A DNA stretch of 64,000 nt from positions 8,333,846-8,397,845 of the forward strand of contig CM082577.2 of NCBI GenBank assembly GCA_040954595.2. Direction: 5' to 3'. Both the position numbers and the translations under genes were made by a program. This document shows positions 9,529 through 24,827 of this stretch, one piece after another; positions within the stretch are counted from its first letter, which is position 1; every line of letters begins with the position of its first letter. The notes under the pieces are model-generated. The model saw only the letters and a program-made list of their open reading frames with translations. It had not been told where the DNA came from and made no database searches. Origin of the DNA: Balanoglossus misakiensis (Eukaryota > Animalia > Hemichordata).

Positions 9529-12500
9529 ATTAAAGAGAGTCCATGCCACCGGGGAAGTCACATGGGTTTACTAAACTGTAGTCATTTCTAAAGGATGTCA
9601 TCTGGCATTGAATTTCTTTTGTCAAAGCCACAAGCATGCACAAAACTTTGATGAGTATTTGTTACATTTTTCTGTTCCAATCCTGCATCAGCTGCATTTG
9701 TACATAATGTTTAAGTCGTATTTAAACACAACTTGTTACTTTTACCTGTCATTAATTTTACGAGATTTACCCAAAGTAGAAATATAATAGTCAAAAATAT
9801 CTATGATCTTTTCATGAGCATGCACTATGTCCCTGTCATATTGTGAAAGAATTGTAGAGAGTATTTTAGATGCAATTGTGTATAGCAAGCAAATAGTTAC
9901 AAAGGGTGAATTGTGATTTCATTATAATATGTATTCTCTGTGTGTTCGAACAATCGCATTGTTTTAACCTTTCCCGCCCAAATCTTGGAATGGATGTGAA
10001 ATATTGCATGAGCAGGATACGGGATTGATAGGGTTTGGAGAATGTGAAACTTTCACACGAAAGCAATAAAACCGTGTTACAGAAACTCTGCCAGACTCTG
10101 AATTTGTATCTTTGGGTATTCACTTGTTGCATTTCTGGTATTTAACAAACAAGATCTGTTTGACTCCCTAGTATGCAGTAGAAAAGCATTTCAGGTAGCA
10201 AGAAAGGCCCTTTAAGTCATTAAGAAACAGTCGGTGTCTGGCTTCCATGGGCCTCAAACAAATAGAGTCCACATACAATATATACAATGTACAAAGGTTT
10301 TGTTTTACTACTTTAAAACTAAAGCCTAATTAATATCATCAGAAGACTAGATCCAAATACTACAGCACTACATCTACACTAAAAACATCTTTAAAAACAA
10401 TTACAAATACATAACCTTCAATTAGCTATCAAAACATTTTATGTTTTTTTTCTGAAATACACCAAAATATTTATACTGAATATTTCTGTACATACAAAAA
10501 CGCTTCGTTGAATATACCTTTCTAAAATGATGAGTTCCATGTAATGGTGATTTCTCCCGTCGCTACTGGCGACGTTTTGTGACTTCACAACCCATCTTGG
10601 CTTATTTCAGTTTCTATGTTGGAGATGTTTTCAAAACTAAACACGTCATGTTGTAAAAATCAAATTAATGGGCAACATTACTTGAAAAATTGAAGGGGCT
10701 GTAGGCTGTAACTTTGTTGCTACTTTTCCAGTATTTTTGTTCTGTGTATCAACTATAGATTTTTTGTTCAACTCTGTATACCACACTAAAATGCCAAGGA
10801 CATGTTTTCAGCTTGCAGATAGAGCCTATACTCATAGTATGTGTAAAGAATGTGACAAATGAGATTCCATCTGGACTGGGACTTTATTGGCCATTGTCAT
10901 AACCTCTACATGACCCTACATCCTGGTATTTCTACCGACCAAGAAACTTGTAGCTGATACACAAAACAGGAATAATAACAACACCCAAAAATTACAGCCA
11001 TTAGAATTTTGTGAAAATTCATAGAGCACAAAATAGTGAATAATGGAAGCACATTCCAACTCCATTTCTGGTAAAGTGGATTCCACACCAATGTGCCACA
11101 ACCTCTCAGATGCAGACGACACAAAAATGAAACACAATGTTGTTGCCTTAAAACCCTCTCCTCCATTTCCGAAAGTTTGCAAGTGAGAAAATGTGACAAT
11201 GTGTTACCAAAACTTAGCATGAATTTAAGCAGAAATGATCCAAATACAGCTGAACTTTACCCACAGCTCATGTCAATATGGTAATCTCACTGAAGTGCGC
11301 CCTCTGTGTCAACATGGTACAACTTCTGAAGCTGTGTGCCACAGAGAAAATATTTTGAGGTTCACAGATCTAAAATGTCAAGAAAATTATTAGCACGCCT
11401 TCATTAACATCTGACAAGCACCTTTCTTGGTTTAGAACTGTAATATGATGTGATAAATATCTTCTTGCAATGACATTTGGATAACGAAACAGCTACAGGC
11501 TGGAGACTAGTAGCTTTAACAGAAAATAGTACCAACACATTTGAACAACATTTAGAAAATAAGCAACATACTAGACTCTTGGTTTCTCAGATAGCTGTCG
11601 CCATAGTGAAGACTATATGTCCAGACAGATACTTTCTCAATAAATGAGATTTGTACTTTTTTCATATGGAAGTATTTTTCTTGTCAAATGAGAAACTGTT
11701 TGGTGGAAATATAACAGAATTCTGAAGTGACTCCAGTCACACCAGAAAATCAGATGCATGATTTTGAAATAGCCTGACTTGCGATTGTAGTGTGGACTTC
11801 AAATAGTGTTATAGACCTAATCGGTAAGTTTTATCTTTGATACAGGAAGTGACCAATAAACAATAGTTTGATATGCTGTTAATTTACATTAGTTCCAAAA
11901 AAAGGTTTTGCACTGTGATCATCCAAACAATACAAGGAAATGGTTACCAATGCATGATAAATATGAAAATATTGAAACCGAAAAAAATGTGTGCATGTAA
12001 TAAAGCATACAGGTAGTCTGTTTTAGTAAAAACATGTTTAAGTTTTTTTCCTGAAGAAAAGATATTCCTAGGTTCCATTTGCTTGGATGTTTGAAGTTGG
12101 TTTGTATGTATGCTGTTCATGGTCCATAGACTTTACCTCTTCAAAAGGACTGTGTGGTCTAACCCTGATACTGTCAATTGTGTGGTTGAACTCATACACA
12201 CGAAATGGGGGTGAAACCATTATTTTTTTTACAACAACATGATTTGTGAACCCACTCCCAAGGATAATTTCGAAAATCATTAATTGTCAAATTAAGAACT
12301 GATGTGCTTTAAATAATTTGCTAAAACATTTTGACAATTTAGACAAAGAATTTGCTGTGTATCAGTAAATTTTCAAAAATAAAATTTCAGCACTTTATCG
12401 CAACAGATATACCCAGTATAATTTTCACATAGTTGGATGCAAATGGATGTAAATAAAATTGTAATAACACCAGATATTATTTTTACAAATGTGTGCATTG

Positions 12501-13320
12501 TTATGATTATTCTTCCCTGAACTTTCAATGACCCAGGTCAAAGGTTACACAGAACCTATGTGGCATAGGTCACAGTTCATACTGCTTAAGATCAAAATAT
12601 TTCAAATTTGGTGATAAAATCTTTGCAATTGAGAGACTTTTTTGGGGGTGTGTGAATAATTTCATTTACCTAACCCTTTCAGTCACTTCTTTCACATTAA
12701 ATTCCACAAAGTTCATCTCATTCCTGCAGTTTATAAATTTCTATGATAGGGATAAAAGCTTAAAACATACCAGCTTCCACAATTCATTAAAAGCTTAGAA
12801 CAAAATTTATAACGAAAGTTGATATAACTCTATCTTTCTGGTACTTATTATCGACAAGTTTGCCAATGGCACCGAGTGAAGGGATTGGGTAAATACCTCA
12901 ATATTGACCCCCGTAACACGGTGAAAGTCACAGCGGTCTTCCCAGTGTGAAAACTTAATTACCTGAAGAGGACTTAATCATGATTCGAGGCTGACCTTCA
13001 CCAGGTAAGACCAACGCGATCTCTCACGTGTTGCCATGGGGACCAGAAGATTTCAGTGCAGCATATACATAAATACATGTAATAAAATTATCAAAGTTCA
13101 AAATTCATCGGTAACGATCAAGAACCCCTTTTTTTCAGCAGACTAGCAAACTGGAGGTGTTTGTTTCCTTTTCTTCTTCGTTGAATTGGGTTTGTCAGGA
13201 TGTCTTGAAATCGTTCAATATAGGCAAAACGGTGAATAGAAAAATGTTCTGATACTCGTTGCGGTTCTTGTGACATGACGTTCTCTGCGCGAAACCCACA
13301 AAAAAAAAGTTGGGTCTGTT

Positions 13321-16300
13321 TCACTGCAGCATCAGGGACTTGAGATTGTCTTGCAAAATCGTGTCCTTCACCGCCTGGAACACAAACTTGATGTTCTCCG
13401 TGTCTATGGCCGTCGTGAAATGGTGAAAGAGGGGCTTGGTGCGTTCCCTCCTCCTGGAGTCGAACATGTTGAGAATAAAGTTTTGCACGTCGGTTATGTC
13501 GTGGGGGTTCCCCTGGAAAGCGGCGAAATAGTCCCTAATACTAACAGCTTTCACTTTGTCCTCCAGCAAGTCCGTTTTGTTCAGGAAAAGAATGATTGAC
13601 ACGTCGGCAAAGGCCTTGTTATTGACTATTGTTTCAAAGATGTTGCACGATTCCACGAGCCGGTTGGTGATCCGGTCCTCCATCAACACCTGGTCGAATT
13701 CGCTGGAAGACACGAGGAAGAGAATGGACGTCACCCCTTCAAAGCACATGAACCACTTCTGCCTCTGCGACCTCTGACCTCCCACGTCCACGAACTTGAA
13801 CGGAATTCCCTTGATGTCCAGGTTGTGCTCCACGATGCCTTTGGTTGCCTTGCGGGAATGAAGGATGTCCTGGTTGGTAGGCACGTAATTCTGCACGTAA
13901 ACAAAAAACGAACGTAATCAAAGTCAGGTTTTTAAAAAAAAATACATCTACATGAGTTCCTATTCAGTGATATCAGCATCTGGGACAACACATGCACCAA
14001 AATCTGATTTTTACGAGCAAGAGCTTCACAAGAGAGCAGCTCAGAAATTCAAATGTTCATGAGCAAAGGCACCATTGGCATTAGCCAATCACTGACCACT
14101 TCACAAAGATATCTTCGGTAGAATGTATGTTTACCATTGTCGGCATTGTGAGACACCCTTTCCTATTGGTTCTGGGGCATTTTTGCTAAAACTGTAATAA
14201 TATACCTTCAATATACTTCTACAAAAGTCTGCCAAATCATACATACCGGTTGTCCAACACGCTCCAGCTCATCCAGGAAATATTTCACTGAATCACCCTG
14301 GAAAAAATAAATACAATATAAAGTATTGATTGATTTTTGCAGAAACAAGCACCTTCAATCACTAAAAACTTCAGGGCTGTGAGAGAGAGACTAACACAGA
14401 CAGTTACTGTGTTACAAACTTTCTGGATCATCTCTGTACTTCCTTCTTTTTTTTGTGATGGCTTTTTACATCTCTATTTCCTTGTAAGTTGTGGACTGAT
14501 ATGCAAGGCCAGCTTCTGATTCTGAAGGTTTCGTTTCAAATTCTATAAATATATACACATCACTAACATGTGAAGATTCGTCATATTTACAAAGAATTTC
14601 CTGCACCGACAATGTCACAGTAAATACAGTTCTCACAGAATTTAAACAAACCAAATTTCACCCTGAATATCCTACCACGCTTTTCAGATAAAGAATGGTT
14701 GTGGGTACTGGCTCCATATTTCAACATCAGTCTGACATTTTTCAGAAAATACACCTGACATATTGGCAGGTTGCCATAGAACCCACAACTGACCACTGTT
14801 AGTGTTATTCATGCAAATGGGTCACAAATGATGTGATAATACAGGAAGCACGCACAGACATTTCACCCAACGATTCCCCACATCTCCATTTTGCTTGATT
14901 TTCTACAGACCTCAGCCAATACCGCAACAATTTGCAAAAAAAAATGAACTAATACGACCCGATGATGCCTGAATTCACCTATTTCATCCACTGTTGTCAG
15001 GGTGCTTAAATGTCAGTTGAATTCAAAGAATCACGCAGAATTTCAGCAATTACCAGGAAATTTACGGGCAGTAAATGACAATTCGCATGATGTGGCCTCA
15101 TCACAGGGCTAAATCTCTGTCAAACAACTGAGTAATTCTTACTGGCAGCAGAACAAACTCAAATGAAAGCTTATATTCACAGCGACAATTTACATCATGA
15201 TGGTCAATTGTATGTACAAAATTATGCGTGTCACTTTTTATTCTTTATTGTAATGGCTCTGTGATCCCAACAGTCACTCTGCATACAGAACAGGAAGTGA
15301 AATTATTATTACCTGTAAGTGTAATTGTTCTAGCTGTGTCCGTTTTGCATTATCTACTAAAGTGGTTCCCCCAACACGAAATGTTTATTAGCATTATGCC
15401 CCACAGCGTAATTCAAATCCGAAGTCCTAATCTCAATGTATGTTGAAATAGCACTGATTCAAATACATGTATTTTCACAATGGAAAACCTTTACCTGCAG
15501 TAGGTGTAATAATACTAGTGCAGAATACCCATGCACATAATATTCCGGAGTCAATCAGTTTGAAAGCTGTGCGTGAGAGAGACTGGTGACCTCACATTCT
15601 AATACATTTTCACGAGCGAGGAATTGATTTATGATTTATTGGCAGACTAATCCAATAATGAAAGGAAAGGACCCCGAAGGGTTATGCAGAGTATTGTTTG
15701 CTGAGACTTGTAAAACCCTTCGGGAGATGAATAGTGGAATCTCTCGATCGTGCTCACCTTAGATAACCCTGCGATACTGTGTACTCACTCAAAAATAAAC
15801 CACGGGACACCACTGCACGTACATTATAAACTGCACTATGCGTACTGTAACCCATGTACAGAATCCTAACAAAAATTTGATTCAAACGCTTGTGTGTTAA
15901 AATGTAAACTGTAGTGATCAGATTTGTTGAGACTAAGACCACTGGGCACCGCTAATAACAACATCGGGCGGGTCATTACCCAAAACACCGTGACAGATCA
16001 ATTCTACACACTTGGCACTCCGACAGCAATACTACAATGTGTCCTATTCACAGTTCATTTATACATGTATATCAAACACAACTCTGTGAGCAGTTCCAAC
16101 ACCTGTTTCTACACTCACAACATTAAAATAATGTACAAGGCAGAAATAAATATTTACTTTTTCCTGCTGTCCTCAAAACGGATATTTGGATTCGAGTATC
16201 ATTTGCTATGAGAAACATATGACATCTGGGGAAACACTGAATACAGAGTTTAACACTGCAGTTACTATGGTATGGTATTTAAGAATAATAATATCAATCA

Positions 16301-19300
16301 ACTTCTTTTCAACATACACTTAATGTGTTCTTGTTGGTGTACATAACAGTCGTAAATCATGAAAAAAAAAATTGGGAAATTTTGATCATAGATAAAATAA
16401 AGTGTACGTTCAGCTATTTTTATCACTTCTGATAAAAACCCTACCTTTCATAGGGCTCATGGGACATTCCAATCATGCAAAACACTTCAAACCACAATAA
16501 GTAATATTCATGTACAGCAAAAAAAGACCACACACCAGCAAATGTATTCTCACAACATATTAAAACAGCTTGGCAGTGTTTGCCTTCACCAAGGTCTGGC
16601 CCTGGTCTTTGTCAAACCTTATGCAAATCACTGGTGTCACTAACACTGGGTTACACCCAGTCGAGATATGTCCTCACATGGGAAAGGGCACTTTAATTTA
16701 TAAGCCTTTTATTATTATTAAACTCTTAATACTGGGTATAAACGTAAGTCTGGAATTATAACCACTTTTACATAGACTGAATACAGACTGTGTTGATGGC
16801 TAAATAAAAGATGTTTCATCGTGATTTATGAAGACGAACCTTTGCTGAAAAAATAGCCAAGAGTAAAAGTTGCAAATAATGGAGATTTAACGACTGTTTG
16901 GTTGTATTCAGATCACACTGACCCGAAATAGCCCTAAAGTGAGTCTATGTAGACACTAACCTATATACATGTACTACATGTATGTACTGTAATAGAAGTT
17001 CTCTGAATGTTGAGTCTGTCGGATGACCAAGTGTGACATATTGGGATCACAACAGTCTGAACACACTGTCAGTTGGTGACAGACATATCATCCCATATAG
17101 GTGTGCCCTCTGACTTGACTCAGAAAACATCTTTTCATGAGGGTTGACCTCACAAAACTCAACCTGGCCCTACAAAATTAGACCGGGAAATTTTGTATGC
17201 ATTTGTGTCATTTCCAACACTGAATGAATGCAGTGTTCATGCATTTGATTTCCACTACGAATGTTATCAATCTAACCTGTCAACTACCGGTACACAAAAA
17301 AGGAAACAGACTTCGTCAACAGGAATTTTAATTTCATGAATATAAAGGCCCACAAATAAAATTTAAAATTGAGTTGAATAAAAATAAAGCATTTCACAGT
17401 CAGGAGTGCATGGTTCGCCAAGCGAAGCAAGCAGACACTCACCGAGATATCACACAATGACCTAGTTTTGCACACAAAAAAACACCAGTTTGTTCAGTGA
17501 CTGGTTCATCATCCAAACCTCTGACAGATAATACAATTACAATATAGCTGATATCAATGCACACCACATGGATGTACATGTACTGAAATAACAACTTGTC
17601 CGTCTGGCACAAGTCAAATAATTTCTTGTAAAATAACCGATAGCAAACATGATTATCAAATAGTCTGAAAACATGATAGTCTATTTTTTTCTTTAATTTT
17701 GATTCACTCCAACAGCTGAGAACACAGATATTACAGGCCCGGGTTCATAAGTTCAGATTTACTAACTATCCTGGTCTATGGTTTCAGTTCCGTCCTGAAA
17801 TGAGATTTACAAGCCCGTCTGCCGGTGACTATTACTGTACACCACCCCACGAAACCAATGTGAAGTATTCAGACTTTAAATAGTAATGTACCAGATGTTA
17901 GAAAAGCTCAAGACGAAATATTTTCTGAGCATGACAGAATGCGGTTGACATCAACCTAATTTCAGTCTAATACAGTAACCTATGTGTTCAACTACACAGA
18001 CTATTTATGTAAACTTCTAGCTGGTGTTTCTTCCGTGAATTTCTGATACAGTATTGGCTATTTTGCGTAACAATTGTAATGGTAATTGAGTTTCTATTGT
18101 TTTTCCCAATAATTGTTCTGGGGAGAACACAGCTCCTCATTTCCATTCAGAGCTGGGCGTAGTGAAGTTCACTATTCCAACTGACGATTTCCTGAAAGAT
18201 TGCATATCCACCCTATCCAATAAACACTCAGTCGGCATCATACCAATCCCACAGCTATCATTGTGAAACGTTTCTAAAAAAAAATGCGTTGGCGTGTGAA
18301 TTGATCTCAGTCAATAATTATGGGAACCCACAGCAGACCTAAACTAATGCCCCAGGGTCAACTGCGGTCAGTTCATTTTAGCCACACACAACTGATATCT
18401 TTTGCCGTTAACCGCCTTCTCAATTCTTTGTGAATCATGCTGAGTGCAGAGCTACTTAAAAAGGTCATTTGACCCTTTGCTTCAGGGGTAAATTTATTTT
18501 TTTGCAATTAATGAAGCCATATATCTTAATAGCTTACATGTATGTACTAGTATGTCATGGTGTCTTGAAAATGACTGAAGCTGAACATTGTGTTTTTGTG
18601 TGTGTGTACATGTAGGTACTGTATGTTCAATATTGCTTGCCTACATTTTGTATGTGGGTAGAGGTGCTACATTTTTCACACCTGTCCTGATGAGGACCTT
18701 TTTACTTTCTGGGTCAGAGGCATGACCTTGACCAAATTTACATCTCAGGACACGTATGGCCAGTCCCACAGGACTGACCCACCAATAACATGAGGGCAAC
18801 CAAGCGAGCAGGACCGGTACATATACACGTAGGATCAACCAAATATGACTTGATGGGTCAACCATACAAGACTGGTAGTGATGACCAAAAGGGACTGGTG
18901 GTAGGATTAATCACACAAGACGTGGGGTCAATTATACATGTAACACCCACATTACCTGCTGCCTTCAAACATATCCACAACATGCCATTGATAGTGTTTA
19001 AGAACCTTATCTCTGATTTGTTAGACACCTACAAGTTGCACTATTACATACAAGTACACTTCAGACAAGCGCGTGGTCGTGGTGATCTGGAATTCACCCA
19101 GAAATGTGGAAAGGCATTTCTTGACATCTTCCAGTATGTCTGGCTGTAGCCACAGCAGTGTTGGGGTATGACTATACAGAATGAATGTGTGAAGGTCAAC
19201 CGTCCAGGGAAGTTAACCCACTCATGACCCTGGATGTGATCAGAATATGGAATTTTCTTTAAAGTTCTCTGCGGTTGAATTGGGGAAGTATCGACTTATT

Positions 19301-22198
19301 TACAGTTGAATCCTGGACATTGTTCTGTCATGTTTAGTCAACTATTCATGGATTTCAGGGTAAAAATTGCAATGGTAAACCCCCCCCCCCTTTCAACAAC
19401 AAAATAAATTATGCAAACTGAATACTTATATGTGGTCGTAACCACTGCTCCAGAACATTGGGGTCTTTGTTTTAAGAATATATATCACTCGATAATAAAT
19501 TACTTTTATGACAATTTCCTATTGTGAAAATCAAAGAAAATAGTGTGGTTGGGCCCTGTGAACAATTACAAGTACGTGTATACACATGTTAGGGGGTTGA
19601 ATATTACAAACACAGATTTCACTGTCAGCCATATTCCAAGAGTTCATCAACAGGCTACATTTTTTGTCTAGCTCTCAGATTATCTTAGTTGTTAATTCTT
19701 GTTTAGAGATTGTGCATGTTATACAGTGACCTATTTCTATATTTAAGGGACACAGACAGACAGTAGCATTCCAACTATGGTAACCTCTTCACCACCACTG
19801 CACTGTCACAAAATCTGTACTATATCTTTATTCAGATGTATCACAGTCCCTCAAGAAAGGTTGTATCTGTCAAAGTTACAGTCCCAGCTTTTAAAGAACA
19901 TCTGATTCTTCACTAAAGACATGGAAAAGTCTGTGTTTTTTTTTGGAACACAAATACATCCCGAATCTGTGTTTACTTGTTTCTGTGCATTGCCCATGGT
20001 CGGAAATTTATATTCACAGGATACCCGGCCCATCTGTAGCCTTCACAGAAGCTTGTCATTTGGTCAAATAAACAGTGTTCATACTTCCTTCTGTAAGTGG
20101 CAAATCTCAGATGGGCACTTTGGCTGATGACTATACATCATTGAGTACAACCTTGTTTTGTTTTAAAGTGACCTGGTTAGGTTCTCTCAACGTGTGACCT
20201 TTAACCTTACTAATTGGGTGCCGTCTTTGAAGGAGAGAAATGGAGAACTAACAAACTGGAAACAGATATCTGTATTACTGTTGAGCAGCCATTTTTCTAG
20301 TCATCTGGTTTGACATTGTTTTGATAACGTTTTGTTGTGGGTCATGACTATGAATAACATTCCATCAAATCAACCCAACTGTTTAACCATATACCATTCC
20401 ATGATTATTTTTGCAATTATCTCTTCAGACATCACACACCAAAACAATCTTTAGATTTGAACTATATACAAAGTTGTGTTTGAACTATATACATGTATAT
20501 AGCATGAATATCTGTAGTCATTTCATAATGGCACCCTGCTTGATAATATCACTATTAAATCAATTTGTACGGTGATAATTCAATTATACGACCACTAAGC
20601 CTGAGTACACACCTTCAATCAGTTTGTGCTTGTTGTGATATTTGTGGAAATGTGCCAAGTTGACTGAAGCAGATTTCTTTTTTTATGATGGAAACATTTT
20701 TTTCAGCGGAGCCATAACTTTATGATGCATTTCATTTAAGCATAGGTAGAGTCATTTTACTTTAGTGACATAAATATTCTATCTAACCTGTTAATGATGT
20801 ATTTTATTGGTAAGTATGCTGACCACTTAGTGTATTGTCTCAGAACTTGGTAATGCCTTTTGGTTGAATAAATTTGCACAAATTGATTTGAAGGTGATAT
20901 CTGTTTTAAGATCCCCTCTCCATCCACCAGTTTTACCGTTTTTCAAATTTTAAGGGGAGAGGCTAGAGGGTACCTTAACCTAATAATTATGGGATGTGCA
21001 TGTCAGAGTGTGTATGTGTACTAGTCACATGATATAATTGCCTCTTTTTATGAAATTTTGATATGTAACTGTATGAATGCGAATTACACGGCTACACCAT
21101 GTTTTACATAACAACAGGTAGAAGACAATTGCATTTTCATGATCTTGTCAATGACTAGCTTTGTGATGAGGAATTTGACTTGTTTGACAAATGACCCAAG
21201 AAATTGGCACATTAATTAAGGAGAGGATGCTACTTGCAGTGTGTATGTAAGTGCTTGGAATTGACATGCTAAAAAGCAAATGAACATAAAGTAAAATATT
21301 CATTTGGGATGTTCTTTCCTAGCAATCTGTGGCTCTGGGACTTTCACTCTTGATCAAGATTGACAGATCGTTTTTTTTAAATTTAATCTATAGAGAAAAC
21401 AAAATTTGCACTTGTAAGATGTTACTACGGTAATGGTGATAGTATATAAGCAGTAAACAGCATACGAGTGTAAACTGCCGAAAATTTGAAATGACATACG
21501 AAGAGTTACTGTAATCGATACCACCTCAACAGAGATCTGAGCTCTCTTTCTATTTTTTTTTTTCCTGATCGAGGGTGACCCGAAGGGGACACACTGTGGG
21601 TCAAGTCACCCTCAACAGAAAGACAGGTCATGTCAGGGTGGTACCGACTAGCCAACGCTGAAATCGTAAAAACATTATTGGATAACCCCTCTAAAAAAAA
21701 AGCTGTTAATTTGTTCTAAATTACCGCCCAACTTACCAACTGAAATTCATTCCGGCGATCAAAGGCATCTTGGATACCTTTATCAGCCCACAAGGCCTTG
21801 ACGTGAGGGACGTATTTGGAAAAAGTTGGCCCGTCTAATCGCACAGTGCTGTCATACTTCATGATCTCTTCGCCGTTTTTCTCGTTTTCTGGATCGCCCC
21901 ATGGTATGCGCAACTTATCCCTGGCATCGACAAGCACTTTGGTGCCTTTAACAATGTTACTGTTTATAACAGCTCGATAGTCTTTCAAATCTTCGTCCGT
22001 GAAAATTTGCCCGTGTATGATTCGCATTTGTTTGAGAAATGTACTCTTGCCGCTCTCGCCGGCGCCCAGAAGAAGGATCTTGACAAGTCTCCGGTGGTGT
22101 GCTTTCTCCTTGGCCAGCAATCGGTCGATCCTCATGCTCTGCTGTCGCTGTTCAAGTTCTTGTGGCGACAAACAACATGTGAACATTTTGTCCGCCAT
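13321..22198 (-). CDS. GNA12/GNA13: Heterotrimeric G protein alpha subunit, G12/13 (concertina) class, 360 aa, 3 coding exons
   Basis: Exons 22198-21737 ([10 protein letters not shown]...[22 protein letters not shown]...EFQL|gtaagt), 14297-14247 ([17 protein letters not shown]) and 13890-13321 ([61 protein letters not shown]). HFTTAID and the C-terminal LMLQ are G12/13-class features. All junctions are phase 0. Confidence 0.97.
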
Positions 22199-22224
22199 GA
22201 TGAAAACTGCCTACACCACGCCCA

Positions 22225-22244
22225 TGACGTCACCAACCGGAAGT
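22225..22244. promoter_or_regulatory. Adjacent CRE palindrome and ETS motif just upstream of the G-alpha 12/13 start codon
   Basis: TGACGTCA at 22225-22232 and ACCGGAAGT at 22236-22244, 27-46 bp from the ATG, in a CpG-rich block. Motif match only. Confidence 0.5.
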
Positions 22245-23101
22245 AGGCCTCACCGCCGCCGTCGCGATAAAAGTGTTTCTGACATACAGACTCCGACAAC
22301 AACACTTTCAATGTGATGTACTTCCAGATTTTTCCATAACTCTGATATGATATCAAAGAAATCTGTTCCCAAAGGAATTTGTTTGACGGAATGCAAATCA
22401 GATGCAATGAAAAGAGAAAGTAATTTTTGGTTCATTAAAACTTCCACGTCTGTGCATATGGTTTCATGGCAGTCTGGGGCCTAAAAGCATGTAATGCGTT
22501 GATCTGGCTCGAAGTGCAGCCGCGTAATTGGCCCTAATTAGTATGCTAATAGTTCATTGGCCCATTTCCACCCATAACTGCACCTGGTAATTACACTGAT
22601 CAGCACTGCAGTAGGTTTTGAAGGCCTCGTTGAGAAGCAGTTTTCAAATTTTCACAAATTTCATCTGTGTTATTATTTAGGGGCTCGAGAACGCATGAGG
22701 CCCTAACTTTGTTTTGAATCTAAACAAGGGATTAGGAAGGTAAACAGAAACAGTAAGAATAAACAAATACGGTCGATGAAACAAACAAAAGACCCACCCA
22801 TTGTCAGTACATTTTCTAGTAAGGTGAACAGTCAGTCATGCTGGATAATGGCTTTCACCATGATTTCGGGGGTGGACCCCTTTTGATATCCCAGAAGGTC
22901 TGGAAATTTTTATTAATACGAGGAATCACCATTGAAAAAAATGCCACAATAGACAAGGAAAAGAAAAAAAGATGCCAAGCGGAGACAAAAGGGAGAAAGA
23001 CAAAGGTGGAAAAGTTGGCAACTGTTGCCTTCTTATACTTCTCCTGTCCACGATACCAAAAATATGCTGCTTGCAGGCTTACTGATATGAAGTGGTTTGA
23101 A

Positions 23102-23164
23102 CTTGTATGTGACCGTTTCGGTATAAATCAACGGCTTGTATGTAACCGTTTCGGTAATCAACGG
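23102..23164. repeat. About 33-bp tandem duplication
   Basis: CTTGTATGTGACCGTTTCGGTATAAATCAACGG followed by CTTGTATGTAACCGTTTCGGTAATCAACGG. Confidence 0.8.
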
Positions 23165-24827
23165 GTTGATATAGTTTGTGTCTATTTTAATGTTATTCTG
23201 TTTAATAAAACATGCCAAAAGTCTGAAGTACACACTTCTGCTTGCTGGTGGCATATGACATGTAATTTTTCCAAGACGTATTTAATTTCTCATTTAAATG
23301 CATGTAGTCACTCCCAACTGTAATCACACACTGTTTATGTAATACCAGTTCATCATGAAAGATGCATGTGCGTGTATATTTAGCCATGAACAGGTTGGTG
23401 CACGTGACTGACGATATTTTCACGTTTCAATGCCAACAGCGGAGGACTATAATTGAAATTTGTGTGGGTCCAGGGGCCGAAAAATGCGTCTCCATGATAA
23501 TTGCTATAATTGGCCTGTAAATACAATACGATGTAAAAGCAAATTGCATGGTCGTCATTGAATATTTCGCGTACAGTATACATACAACGGCTGGGCCCCA
23601 TTTCGTGTTGCGAACATCATCGTTAGTTACGTAAGCAAAGAACAAAATTTCGGGCAAAAAAATTTCGGCCAGATTTGTTATGTCATCAAGTTCATCTGTG
23701 CCGTGTTAAAAGCCCGTGTTTGTTGACGTCGTCATTTTTGGCCATTTTAATTATTTGACAAGATTCGTGCGTGTTGTATTCTGCAGAATCTTCCTAAAAA
23801 GTCTTTCTGGTCCCCATACAGAGAGCCATGGGCAAAGGTCTAATTATACCGCTGGTGGCGCTTTCCGAAAGCAGTGCAATCCAATGGAGAAATCGTAGCT
23901 GCAGTAATCTGGCAATAAGTCAGGCTGTTTGAGGGAGGAAAATGATATCCATATTGTTTTGGTCCCCGCCCTCGTAATTAACGTAGAGTTTAGCGAAATA
24001 CATAATTACTCTGGCCTTGGTCACCTGAGTCATGCATCAGCAAGCCTACTCTATATAATCATGCTCAGATAAAGTTGGTCGCAGCTGGTATAAAGTGCTG
24101 CAACACCGTCGCGTCGGGTTACAGTGACGAACGAACTGTATAACTCATGCACCTGTTTGAAGTTGACAAAAGAAATTTGGAGAGACTGCTTCGCATCAGA
24201 GTTTTCCGCTACACATGATACAAGGATGAGAACAAGCGCAATATATGGTGTAAACATAACTAGACCAATAGACATACCCTCACGGATTAGAGAATGTTGG
24301 ACACTCCCCGTGCGCGCAAATTGCCACACTAAACCAATTAATTTTACCAAATTCCCAGAATTTTCCTCTATTCCCCACGAAACTAAGCTGTGTTGGTAAT
24401 GACACGATCCCACCATGCATGTACTCGACTCAATGATAGAATACTAGTATATCCGGCAAATTCAACTTCTGCTATTTGAACAGGACCCTCCCTCGTCAAC
24501 TTTGAAAAAAAGATTTCTGCCTTGCAGTAAAACCATAGTAAAAACAAACCTCTATTCACTATGGTAAAACGGTAGACGGTTTGCTTAAAAGAAGGCTAAA
24601 TGAAGTGTTCTGAGCATGATGCATTCCAAAAACTTTGGTTGGCACCGTATAAAGCTGGATTCGGTGACATCTAGAGCTGTCGCCTGTGGCGCTATTTTGT
24701 AAGCCGCAGTGGTCACATTCACGTATGTCTCGGTCAAAGGTCACGCGAAGAAAACACTGGTAACGATACCGTCCTCTGCTGCGTGCTTGCTGTGTATTGC
24801 TCTCCATTGTCAGTGAAAGTGTCGAAC

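Noticed and set aside
18641-19149. ORFs of 74 and 119 aa within the G-alpha intron
   Set aside because: No domain similarity or splice support.
22440-24420. Possible repeat fragments and ORFs of 91-161 aa between G-alpha and the SDR
   Set aside because: No terminal repeats, target-site duplication or transposase motifs that I can demonstrate.
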